Shown here piece after piece: positions 54,511-64,000 of a DNA stretch of 64,000 nucleotides. Both the position numbers and the translations under genes were made by a program. The DNA lies in NCBI GenBank assembly GCA_965206695.1, contig CBDBKM010000010.1:256001-320000 (forward strand), read 5' to 3'. The stretch's first letter is position 1. Every line of letters starts with the position of its first letter. The notes under the pieces are model-generated. The model had not been told where the DNA came from. It worked only from the letters and a program-made list of their open reading frames with translations, and did no database searches. This DNA is from Chlamydiales bacterium. Lineage in GTDB: Bacteria; Chlamydiota; Chlamydiia; Chlamydiales; JAAZZY01.

Positions 54511-55011
54511 TTATAACAGTTTTTCCATCGTTACTTTAGCTTGGTATTTACCATTCTGTTTGAGCCAGTATTTTTGGAAGCCGACTTCGTTAAAACCAAA
54601 ACGTCTATATAACGAAATGGCAGGGTTCCCTTCAAAAACCTCCAAATATAGAACCTTAAGTTTGAATGATTCTTGTGCTAAATGAACAAGCTGATCAATT
54701 AATTGGGTACCATATCCTTTATTACGTTGCTTCTCATCAATGATGATGCCAAAGAGACATTGATGGGCAATTTTTCTATAGGCATGAAGAAAAAGGATTG
54801 CAATTCCGCTAGGCACTCCATCCACTAAAAGGGTCAAACTACATCTCCATTTACTAAAACTAACCAGCATGCGCACGGTATCTTCCACCTCTGCCTTATC
54901 CTCACAAGGGAACCAGCGTAGTATGCCGGGTTCAGATAACCATTGAGCCAAATATTTATCATCACCGGTTTCCGTAAAACGGAAACTAACTTTTTCTTTT
55001 TTTTGATCCAT
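54511..55011 (-). CDS. GNAT N-acetyltransferase
   Basis: QRNKGYGT, NPAISLYRRFGF. Confidence 0.88.
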   Translation of the reverse strand: MDQKKEKVSFRFTETGDDKYLAQWLSEPGILRWFPCEDKAEVEDTVRMLVSFSKWRCSLTLLVDGVPSGIAILFLHAYRKIAHQCLFGIIIDEKQRNKGYGTQLIDQLVHLAQESFKLKVLYLEVFEGNPAISLYRRFGFNEVGFQKYWLKQNGKYQAKVTMEKLL

Positions 55012-55014
55012 ATA

Positions 55015-56110
55015 TTATCCAAACTCCTTTAAATACGTAACAATAAAGTCGTCGATTTCACCATCCATAACACGTTGAATATCTCCTGATTGAAAGCCTG
55101 TTCGATTGTCTTTAACTAAAGTATAGGGTTGAAAAACATAACTTCTAATTTGGCTTCCCCAACCGATTTCTTTTTTCTCACCACTCAATTGCTTTAATTT
55201 TTCTTCTCTCTCTATGACTTGGGCTTCATATAATTTAGAGCGAAGGAGTTTCATACATGTTTCTCGATTCTGCAATTGACTTCGTTGATTTTGACAAGAG
55301 ACAACTATTTTTGATGGACCATGAGTAATCCTTACAGCTGAATCTGTCTTGTTCACATGTTGGCCTCCGGCTCCGGAGGCGCGATACGTATCAATTCTTA
55401 AGTCGTCGGGCTTTATTTCAATATTGATATCATCTGTAATTTCCGGAGTGATATCTACTGAAGCAAAACTGGTATGTCGCCTTGAATTACTATCAAAAGG
55501 GGAGATGCGTACTAATCGATGGACCCCCTTTTCTGCTTTAGCATAACCATACGCGAAGCTACCGGAAACCTTTATCGTTACACTTTTAATTCCTGCGACC
55601 TCACCATCAACTTGATCAATTATTTCAGACTTCCAGTTCCTTTTAGAGGCCCATCGTTGATACATTCGGGATAACATTTCTGCCCAATCGCAAGACTCAG
55701 TACCTCCGGCCCCGGCATTAATATGAAGGTAACAATTTTTTTGATCCAGCTCCCCTGAAAGCATTTTTTTTATTTCAAGTTCAGATAAAGCTTTTTCAAT
55801 TTGATCCAATTCATTTAGGAGCTCATTGATAATGTCTTGCTCTTCTGTCTGATAAGCTTCCGGTAGTAGCTCCATAACAGCTCCGAAACGTTCCTTAATA
55901 TTGTTATAAGGTGTTGTCCAAGCACTCAATTCATTACACTGATTAATAATTTGTTGAGCTTGGGCATTATCGTCCCAAAATTGAGCATCTTCCATTTTAA
56001 ATTTTAATTGTGTAACTTCTGTTTCCTTGTTTTCAAGGTCAAAGATACCTCCACATATGCAGTAGTCGATCTTCGATTATTTTTACACGTTGTTGAGTTT
56101 CTTCTTGCAC
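55015..56110 (-). CDS. prfB: Peptide chain release factor 2 with programmed +1 frameshift
   Basis: GTG start at 56110, 23 codons, then GGAGG-TAT-CTT-TGA-C slip site (56038..56044); SPF and GGQ motifs. Confidence 0.97.
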
Positions 56111-56248
56111 AGAGGGGTCCTTTTATTTTTAAAATTTTCAAATCAAGGCAAAATAGATAGCTGTTTGAGATTAAAAAGTCAAAGAAAGTTATCAGAAAAA
56201 CAGCAACTAGAAATATCAAATAAAAATCAATTTTTATTTAATTAGATG

Positions 56249-58435
56249 TTATTTATTTGATATTTCTAGTGCTATTTTAAATTTGTTGTTTATATTGTAT
56301 TTCCAATGCCACGAAGGTTTTTTTAAGGTTTCTATTTCAAACCGGATACTTCCATCTTTTTCAGCAGCGACTATACGGTGGTTTTCGGGGACTTCTATAA
56401 AATGGTTCCCTTTAAAGTGGATATTTTCGGCATAGAATTCAGCATTTCCATCCAGTTTAATCGTCATTTGTTCTCTATGAGAGAGTTCATGTTTCCAAAA
56501 TAAAAGATTTTTTGAATAATCGATACCATCGTTGGAGACCTGACAGTTCAATAATGTACATTTACCTGATTTTTCTGAGTAGGTTAGTATGTTTTCGGAA
56601 TCTTTTGAGCCCATACAGTCTGTAGCAGTAATAGTTAAGCTGCCATCTAAATGAAGGTCTTGCAAATTCAATTCTGCGATTTTTAATTGCAATTCAGAAT
56701 ATTTGATGAAAGACCCGCCTTTAATTTTCTGCGAAATTATTGAAAATAAGGGTCCTAGTGAGGGATGGTAGGTAAAAAGGAAAGGAGGCCCGTGCTTGAT
56801 ATAGTTATCGAGACCTTCTAATTTCGGAATGTCCATCTTACAATATCTATGAAGAAGGTCATAAGCATTTTTTAAATAATCATAGAAGCAAGCTTCAGGA
56901 GTTTCCATTAAGCCTTTACCCGGTGAATAGGCGTTTTTAGTTACAGATATTGTCTTACGGCGTTTATTGAATGTCAGAAATGTTTTGAGTAAGTGAACAT
57001 CTTCATGAAAAATAGGATGATCGAAAGTATCTACGAAAACATCGGCAATATTTTGCATCGTCGATTCAAGTCTACCGGCAAATACCTCTGAAGTCTTGCC
57101 TGCTGCATCGATAAAAGGGAATTTTTTTTTCATATTTATTAAAAGGCCCGGAATGCCGCTTTCTTTAATTACAGATTCTACGGCTTGTAGATCTGCATAC
57201 AGAATATTAGTATTTGAAGGAAAGATAGAATAAGGACTTTTAGGTACTGTAGGAGAATCTTGAATATTATATTTGGAAAAGTCAGTATATTCGATATTAG
57301 AGATGCCATAAGAATAGATGTTATTTTCTTTTTGCTCCGTTAAAATATTGACGCCTTCGCTGGCATGAAGAAGACGATGACAAGAAGCAAATCCGAAACT
57401 CTTTTGTTGGCTTGATCCTACTCCTGCAAAAGCTATGAGACCGTGGTCTGTGTTTGCTAAAGGGTTATTGATCTGTCGGACTAAGGCAATAGATCGTTTT
57501 TTTTCTTTAAACCAATTAAATATACCTTCGTCATGAGCAAGTTTCCATAGAACCCCATGTCCTCCGGGTTTTAATAAGAGTTTGAAGGGATCTTTTAGAA
57601 CCCAGTTGCCTTCTTCGGTAATGACAGGAACGCCGGGTTGATTAAAAAAAATAAAGGATGATTTTTTTCGATTAAACCAAGCATTGGTTTCACAAATTTC
57701 TAAAACGAATTTATGGTTGTTTTTAGCATGGGAGGTCATCATGGCGATTGGAGTTACGCATTGTTCATTAAATAACTTGTAATAAAGATATTCTCTGGCT
57801 TGAATATCGTTTATTAGACCGGTAAGAAGGGTTGTACCGTTAAATTGAAGTTTAGCTGTTGGAAGGGGATTCCCTGATTCACTGTCATGTAAATCCAGAC
57901 GATCTCCTGACCCTCCAATAGGATAGATTTCGGTCATTTGAGGTAAACACTTTAACCCTTCGATAATAAACTCATGAATTTTGTGTGTTTGTTCGGATAA
58001 ATCGACTCCAATAGGTTGATGGAATTGTTTATTCCGTATAGGAGGATTATGTTTATCTTGTTCACATAAGAACTCAAGAACTTTTGCATGATATCCAAGG
58101 ATGCCACCAATTTTATCATAAAACTTTTCAACCAAATGAAGATGACCTAATAACTCGGAAAAAGCTTTCCAAGCATTTACCATATCAACAGGCATTCTAA
58201 AGACAATTGGTCCTTGTTCTATTACAATAACGGATTTAACAGCATGGTTGTCCGGGTCATCAAGACGAGAAATAAATTTCTTTATTTTGGGATGAGATTT
58301 GAGAAAATAGTGAACCGCACTTTCTTGGTCTAAGAGGTTAATTTTCTCAGGTAGGCTTACAACCTCATTTTGTTTTTTGATCAGACTGTTTAAATATAGC
58401 AGTTGCTGTCTTAATTTAGAGAAGGGTATTGGCAT
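56249..58435 (-). CDS. UTP--glucose-1-phosphate uridylyltransferase family protein (plant UGP3-like long form)
   Basis: GGSGDRL, PIAMMTS, KPGGHGVLWKLA, VRQINNP, NIEY, GRLESTMQNIAD. Confidence 0.8.
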   Translation of the reverse strand: MPIPFSKLRQQLLYLNSLIKKQNEVVSLPEKINLLDQESAVHYFLKSHPKIKKFISRLDDPDNHAVKSVIVIEQGPIVFRMPVDMVNAWKAFSELLGHLHLVEKFYDKIGGILGYHAKVLEFLCEQDKHNPPIRNKQFHQPIGVDLSEQTHKIHEFIIEGLKCLPQMTEIYPIGGSGDRLDLHDSESGNPLPTAKLQFNGTTLLTGLINDIQAREYLYYKLFNEQCVTPIAMMTSHAKNNHKFVLEICETNAWFNRKKSSFIFFNQPGVPVITEEGNWVLKDPFKLLLKPGGHGVLWKLAHDEGIFNWFKEKKRSIALVRQINNPLANTDHGLIAFAGVGSSQQKSFGFASCHRLLHASEGVNILTEQKENNIYSYGISNIEYTDFSKYNIQDSPTVPKSPYSIFPSNTNILYADLQAVESVIKESGIPGLLINMKKKFPFIDAAGKTSEVFAGRLESTMQNIADVFVDTFDHPIFHEDVHLLKTFLTFNKRRKTISVTKNAYSPGKGLMETPEACFYDYLKNAYDLLHRYCKMDIPKLEGLDNYIKHGPPFLFTYHPSLGPLFSIISQKIKGGSFIKYSELQLKIAELNLQDLHLDGSLTITATDCMGSKDSENILTYSEKSGKCTLLNCQVSNDGIDYSKNLLFWKHELSHREQMTIKLDGNAEFYAENIHFKGNHFIEVPENHRIVAAEKDGSIRFEIETLKKPSWHWKYNINNKFKIALEISNK

Positions 58436-58552
58436 TACTTTTTAATCCGGCTAATTATAAAACTAATTGGAATCAAAACCAAGAGTATAATAGAGTTTAT
58501 AGTATCGCAAGCATTATCACAATAGAGTTAAAATGTCATCTGATTTTTTAAA

Positions 58553-58600
58553 AAGCCGCAGCTATGAAATTCAAGTGAGTTCTTTGCATAGCTGCGGCTT
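58553..58600 (-). terminator. 14-bp perfect inverted repeat followed by a T-run on the minus strand
   Basis: AAGCCGCAGCTATG-20 nt-CATAGCTGCGGCTT. Confidence 0.5.
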
Positions 58601-58917
58601 ATCAAAAACATCAATATCAGGATTCGTTCCGGTAGGAATTGCGACAATCTTTTTTATAGAATTGTTTTGACTTTAAAAAAGGATCAAAGATAAAAGAATC
58701 ATTATTAAGAATTGAAATGCCGAAAAACCGATTTAATATCAATCGGGATTAGATGCATGTAAAATCGTTTGTTTAAATATGAAGTATTGCTAAACTACAA
58801 GTTTTGAGTTTATATAGGGAATTTTAAAAATTGGAAACTTAAAAGAACCCGACGTATATGATAGAGAGTTTCTTAAATGATATTTGCAAGTAATGATTAA
58901 AGCAGAAGGAGAATAAA

Positions 58918-59181
58918 ATGGCAGAGAAAAAAAAGGCCACGTCAGCATTTATGAAGCCTGTAACACTGAGTAAAGAATTAGAGGCTGTTGTAGGGAAGGG
59001 CCCCATGCCTAGAACCAAAGTAGTAAAAAACATCTGGGTATATATCAAAAAGAATAACAGGCAAGACCCTAAAAACAAGCGTAATATTCTTCCGGATGAT
59101 AAATTACAGAAAGTTTTTAATACGAAACAACCTGTGGATATGTTTCAAATGACAAAATTACTTTCTAAACATTTTTCTTAG
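58918..59181 (+). CDS. SWIB/MDM2 domain protein
   Basis: LSKELEAVVG..PMPRTKVVKNIWVYIKKNNRQDPKNKRNI; near prfB as in Chlamydia. Confidence 0.93.
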   Translation: MAEKKKATSAFMKPVTLSKELEAVVGKGPMPRTKVVKNIWVYIKKNNRQDPKNKRNILPDDKLQKVFNTKQPVDMFQMTKLLSKHFS

Positions 59182-59192
59182 ACGCATGATTA

Positions 59193-59220
59193 AAAGGAGG
59201 GGATATAACCCTCCTCTTTC
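59193..59220 (+). terminator. Intrinsic terminator after the SWIB gene
   Basis: AGGAGGG..CCCTCCT followed by a T-rich tract. Confidence 0.55.
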
Positions 59221-59260
59221 ATTTTCATCCTGATCACACCCACATAAAGATTGACAGATT

Positions 59261-60454
59261 ATGAGTTCAAATAAGATACAACAAGCTGTTATTTTAGCAG
59301 GAGGTATTGGCTCACGGTTAAAACCTTTAACAGATAATTTGCCTAAGCCGATGATTTCTTTTCATGGGAAGCCCTTTTTAGAATACCTGATTGATATGCT
59401 ACGGAAACAAGGCATAAAAAAAATTCTTTTATTAACAGGCTATTTATCAGCAAAAATTTCAGATTATTTTAAAGACGGTAAGCGATTCGGCGTTGACATT
59501 TCCTATTCTGTTAGTCCTGTCGAAAACGATACGGCAACACGCATAAAACTTGCGATGGATCAAATTGACGAACACTTCCTTTTAATGTATTGCGACAATT
59601 ATTGGCCATTGAGACTAAACGATATGGAAAAGCAGTTTTTTCAATCAAAACATTTGGTGCAAATTACCGTTTATAATAATAAAGATCACTATACTAAAAA
59701 TAATGTATTGGTTGATGAATCTCAATCTGTTACCCAATATGATAAGAGTCGTAAAGCTACAGATCTAAATGGGGTTGATATTGGTTTTGTATTGATGCAA
59801 AAAAAGGCTCTGGACTTATTGCCGGATGGTAATGTGAATTTCGAGAATGACGTTTATACCAAATTGATAGAACAAACAGCTTTAAAAGCATTTCAAACAG
59901 ATCACCGCTATTATAGTGTAAGCTCTCATGAAAGACTTTCTCAAACAGAAGAATTTTTATTATTTAGACCGGCAATATGTTTAGATAGAGACGGTGTTCT
60001 AAATAAGCGTCCGGAGAAAGGCGAGTATGTAAAAAATTGGGAAGAATTTAGTTGGTTGGAAGGGGCTAAAGAAGCCATCGCCCTACTAAATAAAGAACAT
60101 TATCGTGTTTTTGTAATCACTAATCAACCCGGCATTGCAAGGAAGCAAATGAGTGAGGATGATTTAACGGCTATTCATGATAATATGCAAAAAGAATTGG
60201 CTGAAGTTGGAGCAAAGATAAGTAAAATTTATTATTGCCCACATGGTTGGGACGATGGTTGTGATTGTAGAAAACCTAAACCGGGTTTACTCTATCAAGC
60301 TCAAAAAGACTTTGATCTTAATTTATCGATTGTTCCTTTTATAGGAGATGAATTACGAGATCAAGAAGCCGGACAGGCAGCAGGAACACCATCCTGGACT
60401 GTTTCAAAAGATAATACTCTTTTAGATCAGGTGCAGGAGTTTTTATTTGGGTAA
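59261..60454 (+). CDS. Fused nucleotidyltransferase (HddC-like) and HAD-IIIA heptose-bisphosphate phosphatase (GmhB-like)
   Basis: LAGG.GSRL.PLT..LPKP; LDRDGVLN, ITNQ, CPH..DDGCDCRKPKPG, IGD..RD. Confidence 0.85.
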   Translation: MSSNKIQQAVILAGGIGSRLKPLTDNLPKPMISFHGKPFLEYLIDMLRKQGIKKILLLTGYLSAKISDYFKDGKRFGVDISYSVSPVENDTATRIKLAMDQIDEHFLLMYCDNYWPLRLNDMEKQFFQSKHLVQITVYNNKDHYTKNNVLVDESQSVTQYDKSRKATDLNGVDIGFVLMQKKALDLLPDGNVNFENDVYTKLIEQTALKAFQTDHRYYSVSSHERLSQTEEFLLFRPAICLDRDGVLNKRPEKGEYVKNWEEFSWLEGAKEAIALLNKEHYRVFVITNQPGIARKQMSEDDLTAIHDNMQKELAEVGAKISKIYYCPHGWDDGCDCRKPKPGLLYQAQKDFDLNLSIVPFIGDELRDQEAGQAAGTPSWTVSKDNTLLDQVQEFLFG

Positions 60455-60490
60455 CGTTTTGAAAAAAATCATGTTCAAATTTAGAGATCC

Positions 60491-60507
60491 TTGACAGTTC
60501 CCAACCC
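60491..60507 (-). mobile_element. IS605 right-end stub
   Basis: Reverse complement GGGTTGGGAACTGTCAA versus GGGTTGGGAGCTGTCAA at 20394..20410. Confidence 0.55.
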
Positions 60508-61090
60508 AGGGCTGTCCCATTAAAATAATAATTCTAAATTAACTTGTTTTTCATTTATTCTCTCTGAATTAAATATAATTTTTGGAGAGATAGAATGAAT
60601 AGAGTTATCCCATTTTTAGAAAGCTTTGAGACCCTTGAAGACCCTAGAATTGATAGAAAAAAGTTATACCCGTTAAATGAGATCTTACTTATTACACTCT
60701 CTGCTGTTATTTGTGGAGCAGACAGTGGGAGGGATTTGGTTACATTTGGAGAAGAAAAGCTTGAACATTTGAAACGTTATCTTCCTTTTAAACATGGAGT
60801 TCCGTGTAAAAATACTTTCTCTAGATTATTTGCTTCGATTAACCCCGAACAGTTTAAAACCTGTTTTTTATCTTGGATAGATTCTTTTCAAAGAGTTTTT
60901 AAAACAGTAGCCATTGACGGCAAGACACTAAGACGTAGTCATGATAAGATTCATAATCAATCAGCTATTCATTCAGTTAGTGCTTTTGCCACGGAAGCAA
61001 GACTCGTATTGGGTCAGTTAAAAGTTTCTGATAAATCAAATGACATAACAGCGATTCCCGAATGATTAAACCTATTAGACATCAATGACT
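60507..61090 (+). mobile_element. ISAs1-family element, 5' part (truncated transposase 60595..61065)
   Basis: CAGGGCTG end; LEDPR, AVICGAD, VAIDGKTLR, KSNDITAIPE. Confidence 0.85.
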
Positions 61091-61118
61091 TAATCATTAC
61101 TTATGATATTGGTTTTGC

Positions 61119-61544
61119 ATGAACCGATTAACTTCAACTCAAAGAAGCACTTTTGAATTTCAGGTAAAAAAGACCTGTGATATAAATGAACGTAATCGTT
61201 TGTGTGTGCTTCTTGCACGAGATGACGGTCCGGAGCCTGATCCCAAGGGAGGATCAGCCGGTAAATTATCCAAACTGCAAACTAAAGAACCGGTGGACCA
61301 TCTTTCTCAATATACCTATAGAAGGGTTAAGGATGTATGTGCGTATGTCTTAGAACAATATAAGATTTCCTATAGCACAGGAGGGATGACATCTTGGCTA
61401 AAGCATCATCATTTTGTTTTCAAAAGCCCTGTTAACGTCCCCGGTAGGCTTGACTTAGAGAAACAGGCACAATTTATTAAAGAATAGGAAGCATTAAAAG
61501 CAGGCCTTCAAAATAGTGAAGAGATCTATTTTTTTGATGCAGTA
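61119..61544 (+). pseudogene. IS630-family type D transposase remnant, cut by IS630 type B
   Basis: YSTGGMTSWLKHHHFVFKSP...IYFFDAV. Confidence 0.75.
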
Positions 61545-62479
61545 TAGTATTTTAATTTTTATTTGATAATATGTTATCCTTCTTTTTTTATACAAACAGT
61601 AAGGATAAAACAATGCCTAGAGCCTATTCAGTAGATCTTCGAGAGAAAGTATTACAACATATAGAAAAACATCATGATAAAAAAACAGCCGGCCATATTT
61701 TTCAAGTAGGTATCGCAACAATATATCGATGGATCTTGCAAAAAAAGCAAAAAGGACATTTAAAGCCAATCCGCAGAAAATATGCTTATAAGAAATTAGA
61801 TGATGAGTTGTTATCTAAATATGTAGAAAAACATCCGGATTATTTTTTATCGGAAATTGCTGATTATTTTTCAGTCACTCCGCAAACGATTTTTTATGCC
61901 CTTAAAAGATTAAAAATTACACGAAAAAAAAAACTACCCGCTATAAGGAAAGAGATGAAAAGAAACGGGAAGCTTTTATGAAAGATTTAAAAAATATTCC
62001 CTTTGACAAGAGAATTTATCTCGATGAAACCGGGATTCATCAATTTTTATTTCGTGAGTCCGGAAGAAGCTTACGCGGCAAAAAAGTTTTTGGAGCGGTT
62101 TCAGGAAACCGCTTTATAAGGCAAAATATTATTTCAGCCCTATCTAAAGGGCAGTTTTTATCTCCAATGTGTTTTGAAGGTACTTGTAATACCGGGTTAT
62201 TCAATATTTGGCTTAAGGAAGTTTTGACTCCTCAGCTTACACCCGGTAGTGTTCTTATTCTTGACAATGCCGGTTTTCACAAGTCAGCGGAAAGCAGGAA
62301 AACAGTAGAATCTGCCGGTTGTAAGCTTATGTTTCTTCCTCCCTATTCTCCGGACTTAAATCCTATAGAAAAATATTGGGCTAATATGAAAAATAAAGTT
62401 AGAGAGATATTACGAAAAGTTACGAATTTTAAATTCGCCATTGATCAAGCAATCTTATCAATATAAAATTAAATGACTA
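61545..62479 (+). mobile_element. IS630-family type B (935 bp), apparently intact
   Basis: Same IRs, TA flanks, A10 slip run, orfA/orfB. Confidence 0.93.
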
Positions 62480-62481
62480 TA

Positions 62482-63020
62482 AAACCTCGATTATGATCAG
62501 TGTAAGCATTTTTAAACAATGAGCATTTTTTGTTTTGCCGTCACTATCCTACAATCCACAGAAACGTATTGCTCCGCTTGTATCCCAATACCATAAAAAT
62601 TGACCTAACCGATTCCTGCTATAACATCATCTACATTCCCGGAATATTGGTCATTTACAATCTCTATTTTTTTACTATGCGTTTTTGAAAGAACGGTACT
62701 ATCCACAATTTAAGTACACCCGGCTCATCCGGATCGATATCGTACTTGACGGTTTCGAAAATGTCTCTTAGAGTGAAATTGTTTATCCTTTAACCGACGG
62801 CTAATGCTGTCATGTGACAAGTAATCAGGACAAACTTCTGACATCACAAGCCCGGAATATCTCATACTGCTTACTTGAATGAAGGTGCTATATCATTCTT
62901 TTATGCATTTATGTAACGGCATTTCCACCCCCAAGATAAAGAGAAAAATAATACCCTGATTTAAAAAATTATTTAAACAATTATTTTAATAACGCATATC
63001 TGTAGTGCGAAACTCCTTTA
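62482..63020 (-). mobile_element. IS701-like transposase 5' remnant
   Basis: Minus-strand fragments LSHDSISRRL, IVDSTVLSK, QYSGN...VIAGIG. Confidence 0.65.
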
Positions 63021-63148
63021 CAGGTTCAATACTAAACATCTTCTATCTTTTTCATTGCAACATAAGTAGTATTATCTATCATTGTGCCTTTGACTATTTA
63101 TGTTATTTGAAATAAAACCTATCTCGATACCTACAAGGAGTTAAGAGA

Positions 63149-64000
63149 ATGGATAGTGACGAGAAAAAGATCTTGCAGAAAGTGGCTAATACCGTACGAA
63201 TTTTATCTATGGATGCTGTACAAAAAGCTAATTCAGGACATCCGGGCCTGCCATTAGGCTGTGCTGAATTTGGGGCATACCTTTGGGGAAAAGCGATGCG
63301 TTACAATCCAAAAAATCCTAAATGGGCCGCTCGAGATCGTTTTTTATTATCAGCAGGTCATGGTTGTATGCTGCAATATTCTCTTTTACATCTATCGGGT
63401 TATGACCTTTCCTTAGAAGATATAAAGAACTTTCGTCAACTACACTCTAAAACTCCGGGTCACCCTGAATATGGTCATACTGCCGGGATTGAGGCCACCA
63501 CAGGTCCTTTAGGACAAGGAGTTGCCAACGCTGTAGGTGAGGCATTAGGCTTTAAACTTCTGGGAGAAAAATTCAATACAAGTGAACATGCTATCTTTAA
63601 TAACAAAATCTTTTGCCTAGCAGGAGATGGCTGTATTATGGAAGGGATCTCTTCCGAAGCTTCCTCTTTTGCCGGACATATAGGTTTGGATAACCTTATA
63701 CTTATCTATGATTCCAATAAGATTTGTTTAGATGGTCCTTTGAGAGAATGTTGTTCTGAAGATACTAAAGCTCGTTATAAAGCATATAACTGGGAAGTAT
63801 ACGAAGTAGACGGCTATGATTTCGATGCTTTAGATGATCTATTTAACAAATTAAAAGAGCACCAAGAAAAACCCGCTTTGGTTGTTATGCATACTATCAT
63901 TGGTAAGGGTTCTCCTAATAAACAAGGCACTCATAAAGCGCACGGATCTCCTTTAGGACCTGATGAGGTTAAAGCAACCAAAGAGGCTCTAGGTTTACCT
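63149..64000 (+). CDS. tkt: Transketolase (runs off window end)
   Basis: [68 protein letters not shown]. Confidence 0.97.
   Translation, partial: MDSDEKKILQKVANTVRILSMDAVQKANSGHPGLPLGCAEFGAYLWGKAMRYNPKNPKWAARDRFLLSAGHGCMLQYSLLHLSGYDLSLEDIKNFRQLHSKTPGHPEYGHTAGIEATTGPLGQGVANAVGEALGFKLLGEKFNTSEHAIFNNKIFCLAGDGCIMEGISSEASSFAGHIGLDNLILIYDSNKICLDGPLRECCSEDTKARYKAYNWEVYEVDGYDFDALDDLFNKLKEHQEKPALVVMHTIIGKGSPNKQGTHKAHGSPLGPDEVKATKEALGLP

Overview
This is an AT-rich (roughly 35% GC) chromosomal window from an environmental Chlamydiota bacterium. The assignment rests on gene order: accD-dut-ptsN-ptsN-clpC-lplA-(CT283-like)-gcvH and yebC-GNAT-prfB-SWIB match conserved chlamydial blocks. Housekeeping genes (trmB, pgi, alr, proS, pabB/pabC, a UGP3-like pyrophosphorylase, tkt) are interleaved with a very heavy IS load of roughly 30% of the window. 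The IS include IS630 (several types), two IS1634, nested IS30, an IS200/IS605 with intact tnpB, and IS3, IS701, ISAs1 and IS982-like remnants. Several genes are IS-disrupted: an AraC-GyrI regulator, a TolC/NodT-like porin, a dipeptidase and a C5 methyltransferase. The most interesting unexplained items are: (1) a tandem array of four paralogous small beta-rich lipoproteins next to a CX5R-motif phosphatase-like protein; (2) an ExbB/ExbD locus with a membrane-anchored PP2C-fold pseudo-phosphatase and a disordered lipoprotein in place of an obvious TonB; (3) strong CCGG enrichment with CTGG/CCAG scarcity; (4) a TnpB with an inferable TTAT target motif plus an orphan omegaRNA-like copy; (5) a frameshifted SET-domain gene. 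All calls come from reading motifs by eye; no database searches were run. No tRNA, rRNA or CRISPR array was seen.
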